IMG/VR virus record: IMGVR_UViG_3300032265_001645
Location: 1 to 57,279 of that record
Source of the DNA: a virus
Taxonomy: Duplodnaviria > Caudoviricetes
Length of the DNA: 57,279 bases
Direction: 5' to 3' (one strand)
Part shown: in pieces, positions 47,055-55,320 of the stretch
How positions within the stretch are numbered: the stretch's first letter is position 1
Layout: the number at the start of each line of letters is the position of its first letter
Made by a program: the position numbers and the translations under genes
Notes under the pieces: model-generated
The model's database searches: none
The model's input: only the letters and a program-made list of their open reading frames with translations
What the model was told of the DNA's origin: nothing

Positions 47055-47329
47055 TAGCGACCTATCTTAGTAAAGTAGTTTCGCATTACCGGTGAGGGAG
47101 GCGTATCTTCTGTTCCGTACTCAAGGGTAAGAATATCGTGTTCTAAGTCTTTTGGATATCGAATCATGTAGTGGCCCTCGGGAGTAACTCGAACATGAAG
47201 TGAGCTGGTTAGGTGGGCAGGCCATCCTGAGGTATGTGCTTCATAGCGAAGATTAGTTGTATGTTCCCGAGCTTTTTTAACAATCTCGGAATGAAGTTTA
47301 AGGGCTGCTTTGCGATACAGTCTAGACAT
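47054..47329 (-). CDS. Neck/tail-completion protein (HK97 gp10-like)
   Basis: LEYGT...PP.P..R motif; start moved to ATG 47329. Confidence 0.55.
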   Translation of the reverse strand: MSRLYRKAALKLHSEIVKKAREHTTNLRYEAHTSGWPAHLTSSLHVRVTPEGHYMIRYPKDLEHDILTLEYGTEDTPPSPVMRNYFTKIGR

Positions 47330-47483
47330 TTTTGCGAAGAGCTTTCGAGAGTAAATATCCAGCGACAAATCCCACTGCGACTTTACGTCCGCCATCTTTA
47401 TTTAGATTGGCGATTCCTCGAACAAACTCTTCACGGTCGGCTTCGGACTCAGCCCGATTCAACCGGTTGACTAAAAAGATCAT
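47322..47483 (-). CDS. Small protein with C-terminal hydrophobic helix (53 aa), missed by the ORF track
   Basis: GGAGG RBS; MIFLVNRLNRAE...KVAVGFVAGYLLSKALRKNV. Confidence 0.6.
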   Translation of the reverse strand: MIFLVNRLNRAESEADREEFVRGIANLNKDGGRKVAVGFVAGYLLSKALRKNV

Positions 47484-47557
47484 AATTCCTCCATAGGAAG
47501 GCGCAAGGTAAAGCAGCAGGGTTCCGGATTTCTCCGGCGTCAGGTATAAGGGTAAAC

Positions 47558-47580
47558 GAAAAAGCCCCCTTTCGGGGGCT
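47558..47580 (-). terminator. Intrinsic terminator
   Basis: AGCCCCC-GAAA-GGGGGCT followed by TTTT. Confidence 0.85.
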
Positions 47581-47586
47581 AAGTCG

Positions 47587-47841
47587 TTACTTCTTCTTGG
47601 CCTTCTTTTTGATCTTTTTAGCTAATGCTTTGTCCATCTTGGCGTCTTCTTTAGGAGACGGCTTCTTTTTGTCCATCTTCTTGTCCGCTTTTTCAAAAGA
47701 AGCCTTCTCTTTAGGAGACATGCCCTTCATTACCTTGGCATCTTGCTTCTTATCTTTAGCCCCTGCGCATGTAGGGCAAGTACATTTGCAACCTTTTACT
47801 GGCTTACCGGCTTTACAGCCGCAGCCACACTTAGCGCACAT
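47587..47841 (-). CDS. Small protein with Cys-rich (metallothionein-like) N-terminus and Lys-rich tail
   Basis: MCAKCGCGCKAGKPVKGCKCTCPTC, 8 Cys in 25 aa. Confidence 0.65.
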   Translation of the reverse strand: MCAKCGCGCKAGKPVKGCKCTCPTCAGAKDKKQDAKVMKGMSPKEKASFEKADKKMDKKKPSPKEDAKMDKALAKKIKKKAKKK

Positions 47842-48002
47842 TACTTCTTCTTTTTCTTTCGTAGCATTGCAAAATCAGCACCGTCTAGCTTGCCGTTTTT
47901 GTTCATATCAAGCTTTCCCTGCTTACCTGTCATTTTCTTTGCAGGAGCTTTTTTAGCTGCTTTCTTAGCGGGCTTCTTGCCGCAACCACATGTAGCGCAC
48001 AT
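47841..48002 (-). CDS. Small basic protein with CxxCxC N-terminus and EF-hand-like loop (53 aa), missed by the ORF track
   Basis: MCATCGCGKKPAKKAAKK...DMNKNGKLDGADF; TAATG coupling on both sides. Confidence 0.65.
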   Translation of the reverse strand: MCATCGCGKKPAKKAAKKAPAKKMTGKQGKLDMNKNGKLDGADFAMLRKKKKK

Positions 48003-48166
48003 TATTCTTCATCCTTTTCTAAGGCTTCTTCAGATTCTTCAGAAGCTACGATATCTTCGAGTTTTGGGTTTTCTAGCGGGTAATCTACCCCAGGAGTAAT
48101 ATCAAAGTGAACAACTGCGTCATCAGATACAGTTTCACCTTCTGTTGAAATAATCTCTTCTGTCAT
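48002..48166 (-). CDS. Small acidic protein (54 aa), missed by the ORF track
   Basis: MTEEIISTEGE...LEKDEE; ATGA/TAATG coupling. Confidence 0.6.
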   Translation of the reverse strand: MTEEIISTEGETVSDDAVVHFDITPGVDYPLENPKLEDIVASEESEEALEKDEE

Positions 48167-48372
48167 TTTGATCCTGTCTTATTATGCGGGTGGGTCTTGT
48201 GGTAGGCCTTAGTTGCCTTTACCCCAGACTTAATAGTCTTGGCCCCAGCTACCTTAGTGAGGTTAATCTTATCCCATTTAGGGTCGTTTTTACCGGCATG
48301 GTCGACTATAACCTCGCCTTTTTTATTCTTCTTTACGACGTGGACCTTGCCAGTAACCTTGAGTTTAGCCAT
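48163..48372 (-). CDS. Small basic hypothetical protein
   Basis: 69-aa ORF abutting its neighbours. Confidence 0.55.
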   Translation of the reverse strand: MAKLKVTGKVHVVKKNKKGEVIVDHAGKNDPKWDKINLTKVAGAKTIKSGVKATKAYHKTHPHNKTGSK

Positions 48373-48948
48373 CTAATTGACCGGCTCATCTGTGGCATTC
48401 CAGTTTGCAAAGTACTGGAACTGGCTGTCATTGACCATTTCTTCAGAGTTGACCTGGACGCAATCGACAGCCAAAATGGTGTATCGGTTGTTTACAAGTC
48501 CCATGCCCTGAATACGGTCCGGGCTAAATACTTCGTTTCTAAATACAATACGATCTCTCAAGAAGTGGTCTGGGTTAGTCAAGATATCACTGAAATGGCG
48601 AGAGGTGTCCGCTTCCATACCATAAAGGTTTGTAGCATGCTCAATGACGTCCATGTTCATAGTTATACGCAAGATGTCGGTGTTGTAGAAACCGCGGTCA
48701 TTCTGCATAGAAGCACCCTGATAAACAACCGCTTTAATTACTGGGATAGTCAAAGGGTCGTACCACACACGTCCACCAGCTGAACTGCCCACATCGTAAA
48801 TAAGGTCTACAACAGTAGCCACTGAGTTATAGACATACCATTGAACAGAGTTTCCAACTGTACGGACAAGCTCAGAAGAGGTGCCCGCAATAATTGAGGA
48901 CCGCTCATTGGGCATATTAAACCGCCCAATTCGACGTTCTCCACGCAT
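48373..48948 (-). CDS. Putative head-to-tail connector/stopper
   Basis: D.IYDVG, DRIVFRN.VF pattern; AAGGAG RBS with TATAAT upstream; neck-region context. Confidence 0.55.
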   Translation of the reverse strand: MRGERRIGRFNMPNERSSIIAGTSSELVRTVGNSVQWYVYNSVATVVDLIYDVGSSAGGRVWYDPLTIPVIKAVVYQGASMQNDRGFYNTDILRITMNMDVIEHATNLYGMEADTSRHFSDILTNPDHFLRDRIVFRNEVFSPDRIQGMGLVNNRYTILAVDCVQVNSEEMVNDSQFQYFANWNATDEPVN

Positions 48949-48982
48949 ATTGGCTCCTTACCTTAGGGAAGTATTATAGGGG

Positions 48983-49192
48983 TTAGCCTTCTTCTCTGCC
49001 CCACTTAACCCTGTTCCAAACTCGCTCATGGTAGTAGTACAGCGCAGTTTTTGTTAAGACCTCAAACCCCGCAATTGAAGCGGCGGTTATTGGTTTATGG
49101 GTAATCAATAAAGATAAAACAAAAGTATCGAACGTACCAATTACTCTCCAAGTAATGGCTTTTATCCCAGACCTTTGTTTTGTTACCTTCAC
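48983..49192 (-). CDS. DUF2061-like small membrane protein
   Basis: RS..KAITWRVIGT.DT...E..TK..LYY.HERVW..VKWG. Confidence 0.85.
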   Translation of the reverse strand: MKVTKQRSGIKAITWRVIGTFDTFVLSLLITHKPITAASIAGFEVLTKTALYYYHERVWNRVKWGREEG

Positions 49193-49935
49193 AGCCCCAT
49201 TTCCCTGCGCCTCTGAGTAGCTGATATAGCGTGTATATCTGCTCCCAGGTCTACTTGCTCAATCCTGTACCCCACATCACGGCCATATACAATATTGGTA
49301 ATGTTGGGGACTTTCATAATAAATGATCCGGGTACTCCGGAAACAATATGCTCAGCAACTTGCTGATACGGTAACGGATCTTTTTCCGACGTTCCATGCG
49401 TATCTCTGACCGCAATAAGAACTTGATCTGTTCTCTCATGCGCTTTCTCCAATAACGCTTGATGGCCTTCATGCCAAGGTTGATACCTACCAAGAAGAAG
49501 AGTAGTAGGGGCCTTCCAGTCATGAAGATTAGAAGTAAATATAATATTGTTTACGTGAGCTTTTGAGTCAAAGGTTTCAAACTTATAGTCAAAGACTGCG
49601 GGGGTTTCCCACATCTTATTGGTATCTTCAAAACGACCTTCTTTAATGGTGTCCATCCAAACCAGGATATCGGATTTACCAAATGCCTCACGAGTTGTTT
49701 GTGTTGGGCATATAAAGTCAACTACTACATCTAAGCCCTGTCCAGACAATAGGCGGGCCATCTCTCCCATACGGCGGGCATGTTCTTTGCGATCTTCAGG
49801 AGTAAACCCAAGATCAGAGTTAATAGTAGAGCGTACGTAATCGGCGTTTAAATGTACTGCGTTAATACGGCCGGCTAGTTCTGTAGCCAGGGTTGTTTTA
49901 CCTGACCCAGGCAACCCAATAATCTGAATGATCAT
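49189..49935 (-). CDS. cysC: Adenylyl-sulfate (APS) kinase fused to an HxGH nucleotidyltransferase domain
   Basis: GLPGSGKTTLA, LNAD.VR, DLGF..EDR.EHARR, DFICP; C-terminal GRYQPWHEGH. Confidence 0.85.
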   Translation of the reverse strand: MIIQIIGLPGSGKTTLATELAGRINAVHLNADYVRSTINSDLGFTPEDRKEHARRMGEMARLLSGQGLDVVVDFICPTQTTREAFGKSDILVWMDTIKEGRFEDTNKMWETPAVFDYKFETFDSKAHVNNIIFTSNLHDWKAPTTLLLGRYQPWHEGHQALLEKAHERTDQVLIAVRDTHGTSEKDPLPYQQVAEHIVSGVPGSFIMKVPNITNIVYGRDVGYRIEQVDLGADIHAISATQRRREMGL

Positions 49936-50492
49936 TGAAACTTACTCCAAACTTCTTCAGTAATTTCTTTTCTAATCACTGATAGGTATGAAGGGCCTTT
50001 AGTAATGTACCAGTGTTCTGGCTCAACATAGTGAAAGAATATCATGGTAACTTTATTATTAAGCGGATTCGTAAACTCTTCCCGCCAGTGCTCTTGGTCG
50101 TTACCGTAATAGGCTAGTGCCTCATTCTCCTGCAACGTATAGGGTTTTCCCTCTACCCAAAGCTCCCAGGGTGTAACCTGAGACACGCACATGTCTAGTG
50201 TATAAGTACAGGCGTTATCATCTTTGTGGCTCGTCAACCTTGCTTTAGGGGTTTTATACATAGCGCACAAAGAATATGACGGAACTAGTGTTGGGCTATT
50301 AAAAGCCTCTCTAGCTACAGGCAATAACTGTTTGGCAATGTCGTCTAAAAATCCATCTTTACCTAGTAAATATCTTCCAAAACCATCAGACCATTCTAGG
50401 GTAGCTTTATCTCTTGAGTCTAAATAGCTACGTAAAGCGGTATAGGTATCTTCATCAAGTATGTCTTTAATTAGTTTAGGGTCTGGTCTCAT
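49932..50492 (-). CDS. 2OG-Fe(II) oxygenase-like protein
   Basis: SYS...Y...L..HKD...C.YT; Y.G...EHWRE; IFFHYV. Confidence 0.75.
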   Translation of the reverse strand: MRPDPKLIKDILDEDTYTALRSYLDSRDKATLEWSDGFGRYLLGKDGFLDDIAKQLLPVAREAFNSPTLVPSYSLCAMYKTPKARLTSHKDDNACTYTLDMCVSQVTPWELWVEGKPYTLQENEALAYYGNDQEHWREEFTNPLNNKVTMIFFHYVEPEHWYITKGPSYLSVIRKEITEEVWSKFQ

Positions 50493-51100
50493 ATGTCCCA
50501 CCAACCAACTACAGCATATCTTGTTCCAGATACTACGGGGTGCACAGTATGTGTATACACATAGTTAGACGGAAACATAATCATTTCATTTGCCTGAGGT
50601 TTGATCTTTAGACCAAACTTGGTAAACTCAATTTCTCCACCCTCATAATCATCATTAAGATAAAAGCTCATAGATACTGTTCTTGGGTAAACAGTTGAGT
50701 CGTCAAAATGGTTTACGAAGTGCCCATCTTTTCCGTATTTAAGGATTTGCCACCCTTCCGAAACCTTCCACTGCTGTGCAGCATATAAGTCTAGGTAATG
50801 GTTGATAGGGCCATAAAGATTGTCGTTTAAAAAGTTATGGACTGATGATGTCCCCAAAGAAAACACATTAACAAGGTTTGGATCCAAGTCAAATTTTGGC
50901 AAAGAAATGACGTTGCAGTCTCTCACAGCTCTATTCTTTTTTGGTGTTGGATCGTTAGCGCTATCAGACTGCGTCCCAGAATTCCAAGATAATTGACCAA
51001 TTTCAACCAAAGATTCTAAGTCAGTTATAAAACCTTTTGGGTCTTCCAAGACGTCTGTGTAGCGTACGATTCCTGGAGCAAGATCTTCAAACCTGTACAT
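50489..51100 (-). CDS. 2OG-Fe(II) oxygenase, prolyl-4-hydroxylase-like
   Basis: LKY...GHF..HFD, YLNDDYEGGE..F, FPSNY.Y.H.V.PV.SGTRY. Confidence 0.9.
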   Translation of the reverse strand: MYRFEDLAPGIVRYTDVLEDPKGFITDLESLVEIGQLSWNSGTQSDSANDPTPKKNRAVRDCNVISLPKFDLDPNLVNVFSLGTSSVHNFLNDNLYGPINHYLDLYAAQQWKVSEGWQILKYGKDGHFVNHFDDSTVYPRTVSMSFYLNDDYEGGEIEFTKFGLKIKPQANEMIMFPSNYVYTHTVHPVVSGTRYAVVGWWDI

Positions 51101-51350
51101 CTATTGCTCCCCACTTTCCAACTGGACACTCTGCATTAGCCATTTTTGTTTTTAGCTTCATTACGCACCCACATTTTTTGCATTGGGTGGTTAGCTTAAT
51201 GTACTCTGGACATTGTTTACAGATAGAAAATCTAGCCTCAGAATCCTCTTCTGGTACCCACTGAGTATTAGGATTTACTACGTCCCACGGCCTAGTATCG
51301 CCAAGAGTTTTTTTATACCTTTGTAGAACTGTTAGTTTTTCATCTGACAT
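51087..51350 (-). CDS. Small Cys-rich protein
   Basis: RFSICKQCPE...QCKKCGC.M.LKT....ECPVGKW. Confidence 0.7.
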   Translation of the reverse strand: MSDEKLTVLQRYKKTLGDTRPWDVVNPNTQWVPEEDSEARFSICKQCPEYIKLTTQCKKCGCVMKLKTKMANAECPVGKWGAIDVQV

Positions 51351-52170
51351 TTGAGTGCCCCTCACCATTATATACGTACTCGTACAACTCAAAATCAAGA
51401 AGGTTTAGCTCTAAGAACCTTTCTACCTCGCTATCAGAAAGCTTTTCTTTAAGCATTCCGGTAGTAAAAGTTCCATCTTTTAACTTAACTTCTGACTGAT
51501 TAACCTTAAATATTGGAGTGCTTAAGGTTTTAAATCTTAGATCTGGATAGTGTGTATTGTACCACCCAACAAGCCTAGATATAAAAACGTTTATATTATT
51601 TGTAGTGTTAACGATCTCAAAGCTGTCTACACAGGATTTGACCAGGTTAAAGTCTATTTCTATATCTTTTAAGTACCATTGTTTTGACCGTGTCAAGTAG
51701 TCAGACTCTTCGTCTGTTGGTATGTCCTTAAACATATTAGTCTCTGGCTCAGAGCAGATAAACTTTGATTGTATATTTCTGTGTGGTATATACACTGGGT
51801 CGTCAAATAGGTAGTGCTTTAAACGATCTTCCATAGAGTCAAGGTTTGTGTACTCAGGCCTAGAAAACAAAACCCTATCATAGATATACAAAAAGTTACT
51901 GATTGCTCTATCTAAAGGGTCCCTAACAACTGTAGCAACTGAAAGGTTTTCTAGCTTTGAGATTGGGTACCTACCCAAATGGCCTTGAATAAAGGCATAC
52001 TCAGAAGAAACATCGCTGTGAGGAGGTGGTGACGGTGGATATTTTGGCAGGTTGTTAGTGATCAAAAACTGTGCAAAGTTCACGCCTACAGTCATACCAG
52101 CAGTTTTGGGTATGTGTAAAAAGTACAGCTGCTTATTTATCTCCATAGGATTTCCTTCTTGTGCGCTCAC
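51340..52170 (-). CDS. Sulfotransferase (PAPS-dependent, Sulfotransfer_2-like)
   Basis: FLHIPKTAG.T (5'-PSB loop), GH, VRDPLDRAIS.F (3'-PB), N..D.ELY. Confidence 0.88.
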   Translation of the reverse strand: MSAQEGNPMEINKQLYFLHIPKTAGMTVGVNFAQFLITNNLPKYPPSPPPHSDVSSEYAFIQGHLGRYPISKLENLSVATVVRDPLDRAISNFLYIYDRVLFSRPEYTNLDSMEDRLKHYLFDDPVYIPHRNIQSKFICSEPETNMFKDIPTDEESDYLTRSKQWYLKDIEIDFNLVKSCVDSFEIVNTTNNINVFISRLVGWYNTHYPDLRFKTLSTPIFKVNQSEVKLKDGTFTTGMLKEKLSDSEVERFLELNLLDFELYEYVYNGEGHSNVR

Positions 52171-52182
52171 TTAATAAGTATA

Positions 52183-52842
52183 TCATGTAGAAGTATATCC
52201 CTGAAAATTGCCGCAGTTATCGTAGACGCAGACATTGTATCCGCAAGGCACGAAGTGAACGTTTCCATTGTATACGCATGGTGCTGGACCAGGACTAGGA
52301 CTAGGAGTAGGAGTAGGGGTTGGCTGCGGGGTAGGGGTAGGTACGGGAGAAGGTACGTTAATAGAAGGTACGCAATAACCAAACACAGGTAGTAGAGGTA
52401 CTGCACCGTCATAAATTTGAAAGTTTACGCACTGCCCTGCAAACTGACCCGCAAAAATTGTTACGGAGTTGATGTCAAAGCTATAGCTTAAATATGAACC
52501 ATTTCCTGTAACATTTGTAATTGCTTGCGGAAAGTGTCCAGACCAAGTAAATGAAGTACTGCCATTGTTTCCTTGAAGCCCTCCCAGATAGCCCAGTTGA
52601 ACTGGATCTGGTGTAGGAGTAGGAGTAGGGGTTGGAGTCGGCGTTGGTGTAGGAGTCGGCGTTGGTGTAGGAGTAGGCGTTGGTGTAGGAGTCGGTGTAG
52701 GAGTAGATACAGAAAAAAATGATCTCCAAGTTCCATTTACCTTAATAAACGAGGCGGAAGAAGTTCTCCAAGCACCATTAACTTTAACGTAAGGATTAGA
52801 GGCAGTTCTCCAAGCACCACTTACTTTTATACTCTCGGGCAT
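52183..52842 (-). CDS. Thr-Pro repeat protein, probable virion fibre/decoration
   Basis: Three KV.G.WR repeats, (TP)16, a second Pro-rich tract and a Cys-rich C-terminus. Confidence 0.75.
   Translation of the reverse strand: MPESIKVSGAWRTASNPYVKVNGAWRTSSASFIKVNGTWRSFFSVSTPTPTPTPTPTPTPTPTPTPTPTPTPTPTPTPDPVQLGYLGGLQGNNGSTSFTWSGHFPQAITNVTGNGSYLSYSFDINSVTIFAGQFAGQCVNFQIYDGAVPLLPVFGYCVPSINVPSPVPTPTPQPTPTPTPSPSPGPAPCVYNGNVHFVPCGYNVCVYDNCGNFQGYTST
52609..52704 (-). repeat. (Thr-Pro)16 coding tandem repeat
   Basis: 16 ACN-CCN units with synonymous variation and an underlying 18-bp periodicity. Confidence 0.95.
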
Positions 52843-53039
52843 CAGCTATACTGAACCCAAATATCTCCATCTGCCCCATCGCCGGATGTTGGTGCGGAAG
52901 TGGAGGCGTAGATATTTCTAAGCGCGCCAACAGTTACAGTTGTAGGTGAAGTAACCTTTGTAGCTGTTGTATTAAGAATTATATTTGAATTCTCACGACC
53001 AGCGCCCTCGCTGGATTCTGGGAAGGTTCTTTTAGACAT
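52842..53039 (-). CDS. Small fibre-associated protein
   Basis: RNIYASTSAPTSGDGADGDIWVQY motif typical of phage fibre segments. Confidence 0.65.
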   Translation of the reverse strand: MSKRTFPESSEGAGRENSNIILNTTATKVTSPTTVTVGALRNIYASTSAPTSGDGADGDIWVQYS

Positions 53040-53383
53040 TATACTAACTGACTTCCAAATGCGTGGAATGTTAAGGAGCTAGATGTACCAGACGCTACAT
53101 AAACTGTGTCATAAGCGCCAAGGGTTAAGCCAATAGTAAGTGTCTGCGTAGTATTAGCTGTAATAGGCATTTGATAAATAAGTGCATTTGCTGTAGATGC
53201 TGCGGCAGGTGAAGAGCCGGTAGCCTTGCATACGTATACTGTAGCTGTTGCTGAAGAGCTTGTGGTGTTGCAAATAGCGATAGTAGACATTACGGTCTGA
53301 GTAGCCGCAGGTGTGGCGTATAGTGTTGCGTTAGATCCTGCAGGTGTAGCTTGACCTAAAATTAGATAGCTTGCGGTGGCCAT
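53039..53383 (-). CDS. Small beta-rich virion accessory protein
   Basis: Y.ILGQ..P.....TLY..P..T.T..STI..CN...LT.GLTL...F.AFG. Confidence 0.65.
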   Translation of the reverse strand: MATASYLILGQATPAGSNATLYATPAATQTVMSTIAICNTTSSSATATVYVCKATGSSPAAASTANALIYQMPITANTTQTLTIGLTLGAYDTVYVASGTSSSLTFHAFGSQLV

Positions 53384-54444
53384 TATTGCTCCTGTAACTT
53401 TGCGGTGTAATGACTAATATTAACGGCTAAGCGTTCATTAGTCGGGTCTAAACTATAAGCAATTTTACCCTGTTCTAGAGCAATTTCATACTTCCCCAGG
53501 TTATAAGAGGATATGGCTAAATAATCGTTTGGTAAAGATCCCCAAGCCCATGGCTCACAGAAGTAGTCTAAACTTTTGGTCTCTATATCTAGAGCTTTCT
53601 TAGCCCACTCTCTACACATAACCCAGTCTTCTTTGTTGTAATAATACTCGGTAAGCTTTACCGCACACTCTCTACGAATAGGGTCTTCTTGATATCCCTT
53701 TGTCCACCAAATAACTGCGTTATCTGGATCGCACTCTCCAAGGTATCTGTAGGAAGCTGCGCGTTGAGCTTTCCACCAGGCCTTAGGTAATGAGAGGTGG
53801 CGCTTAAATTCTTCCGCAGCATCTTCATATGATCTGTAAAAGTAAAGTTCACGTGCGTAGTAAAAAGCGCACCTATCATCATCTGGGTTTTCTTTAGCGG
53901 CCTCTTGTAGTAGGGGCAAGTACTGCCCACGAGATTTATCATCATCGGGATGGTGCTCGATCTGTAGATCTACCCATCCGGTAGTCTCTTCGATTCTGTA
54001 GGGTTCCGGCATTTCATGTATTGGATATACCCAACGGTAACCGTTGCGAGCGTGGATTCTAAAACCGCTGAACTGCATGCCCGGTGATCCGTCAGGATTC
54101 CAGCTTGTAGTAAATAGGTATCGTGGACGAGTCCATTTGTTTGTGTTGGCAACCTCTAAATGTTGGCGCCAACCAGGAACTAGAGTTTCATCTAGATCAA
54201 GAGCAATGCAATAATCAATATCACTGGGTATAAGAGACAGGCTAGCATTGCGAGCATCATCAAACCTCCAAGGTTTTACACTAATTGTGTGGCACACAAT
54301 GCCTAGTGACTTAGCTAACTCTACCGTATTATCTGTGGATCCGGTATCAGCTATAAGGAGATAGTCAGCTTCTATAGCTGATTCATACCAACGTTCAATA
54401 AACTGCTCTTCATTCAGAGCAATTGCGTATACTGCTACTTTCAT
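53383..54444 (-). CDS. GT2-family glycosyltransferase with C-terminal TPR repeats
   Basis: YAIALNEE, ADTGSTD.T, WRFD.ARN.SL, LDLDE (DxD), IHE, followed by TPR-like helices. Confidence 0.9.
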   Translation of the reverse strand: MKVAVYAIALNEEQFIERWYESAIEADYLLIADTGSTDNTVELAKSLGIVCHTISVKPWRFDDARNASLSLIPSDIDYCIALDLDETLVPGWRQHLEVANTNKWTRPRYLFTTSWNPDGSPGMQFSGFRIHARNGYRWVYPIHEMPEPYRIEETTGWVDLQIEHHPDDDKSRGQYLPLLQEAAKENPDDDRCAFYYARELYFYRSYEDAAEEFKRHLSLPKAWWKAQRAASYRYLGECDPDNAVIWWTKGYQEDPIRRECAVKLTEYYYNKEDWVMCREWAKKALDIETKSLDYFCEPWAWGSLPNDYLAISSYNLGKYEIALEQGKIAYSLDPTNERLAVNISHYTAKLQEQ

Positions 54445-54462
54445 GCGCCCCCGCTTAGTATA

Positions 54463-55320
54463 TTAGAGACCGGCTCCAGCTAGGTTAGCCATAATCTGGC
54501 GACCGTAGATAAGTGAACCATCTCCAGGAGCGGTAAATAGATAGATACTGCGCCCACCAATAGCCTGTGTAGGAGTAACGTTATTATGCCATGAAACGCC
54601 AGACCAAGTAATAGCAGGTGTAGATGTAAAAGCTGTTCCAGAAGCAATAGATCCAGTTGTTGCAGCAGATAGAGTGACTACGTTGTTTGATACGGAAGTT
54701 ACATATGTGCTTGCAGCAAGACCTGTGCATGTGGCATTTGTACCACTGCCGCTTAAAGTTACAATATTAGCTACGCTTGTAAGTGGAAGAGCTGTAACTC
54801 CAATTGGCCAAGTAGAGTTAGTTGGCGTAAATGTAAAGGAAGTGCCTTTAAATAGATCACGATTAATAGCGTTTGATAGGGTTATTTGATTAAATCCTAC
54901 AGAAAATACAGTGGTAGCGTTAGGAATTCCTACGCCAGATACGGTTAAACCAGAAACAATTCCCGCAGTGCTTGAAACGTTAATAACTGTACTACCAGAA
55001 GCTGCCACCGAATCTGTTGTTAAAACAGATATAGATGCGGCTACAGTGGTGCTTACAGTAAGCGTTGGCACATAAATCTCAGCATACCAGGTAGAACCAT
55101 AAGTTGTGCTAGAGGGGGCGGACCAAGAAAGGGTAGTTGTCTGGCCTGTTGGGATAGATGCGTAAACATACCCACCCGTTTGGTATGCGCCAAGAGACTG
55201 TGTAGAGCCTACAAAACCTGTTGCAAGTAGCTGCCCGCCAACTCCGTTGTAAGTAATGCCAGCGTTAATATATGCCTGTGCACTCTTTTGAAATGGCTGA
55301 GGATATGTTGTAAGACCCAT
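54463..55320 (-). CDS. Fibre/accessory virion protein
   Basis: Thr/Ser/Gly-rich; G..VSG.GIP..TTV..V....ITLSNA repeat-type segments. Confidence 0.65.
   Translation of the reverse strand: MGLTTYPQPFQKSAQAYINAGITYNGVGGQLLATGFVGSTQSLGAYQTGGYVYASIPTGQTTTLSWSAPSSTTYGSTWYAEIYVPTLTVSTTVAASISVLTTDSVAASGSTVINVSSTAGIVSGLTVSGVGIPNATTVFSVGFNQITLSNAINRDLFKGTSFTFTPTNSTWPIGVTALPLTSVANIVTLSGSGTNATCTGLAASTYVTSVSNNVVTLSAATTGSIASGTAFTSTPAITWSGVSWHNNVTPTQAIGGRSIYLFTAPGDGSLIYGRQIMANLAGAGL

Noticed and set aside
47520-47545. Hammerhead-like CUGACG...hairpin...AAC on the minus strand
   Set aside because: It lacks the required CUGANGA and GAAA core, and no stems I/III are evident.
52609-52704. TP repeat (and the Pro-rich repeats at 9400-10090) as a CRISPR array or DGR repeat
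   Set aside because: These are codon-level coding repeats with no spacers; no reverse transcriptase or adenine-specific TR/VR pair was seen.
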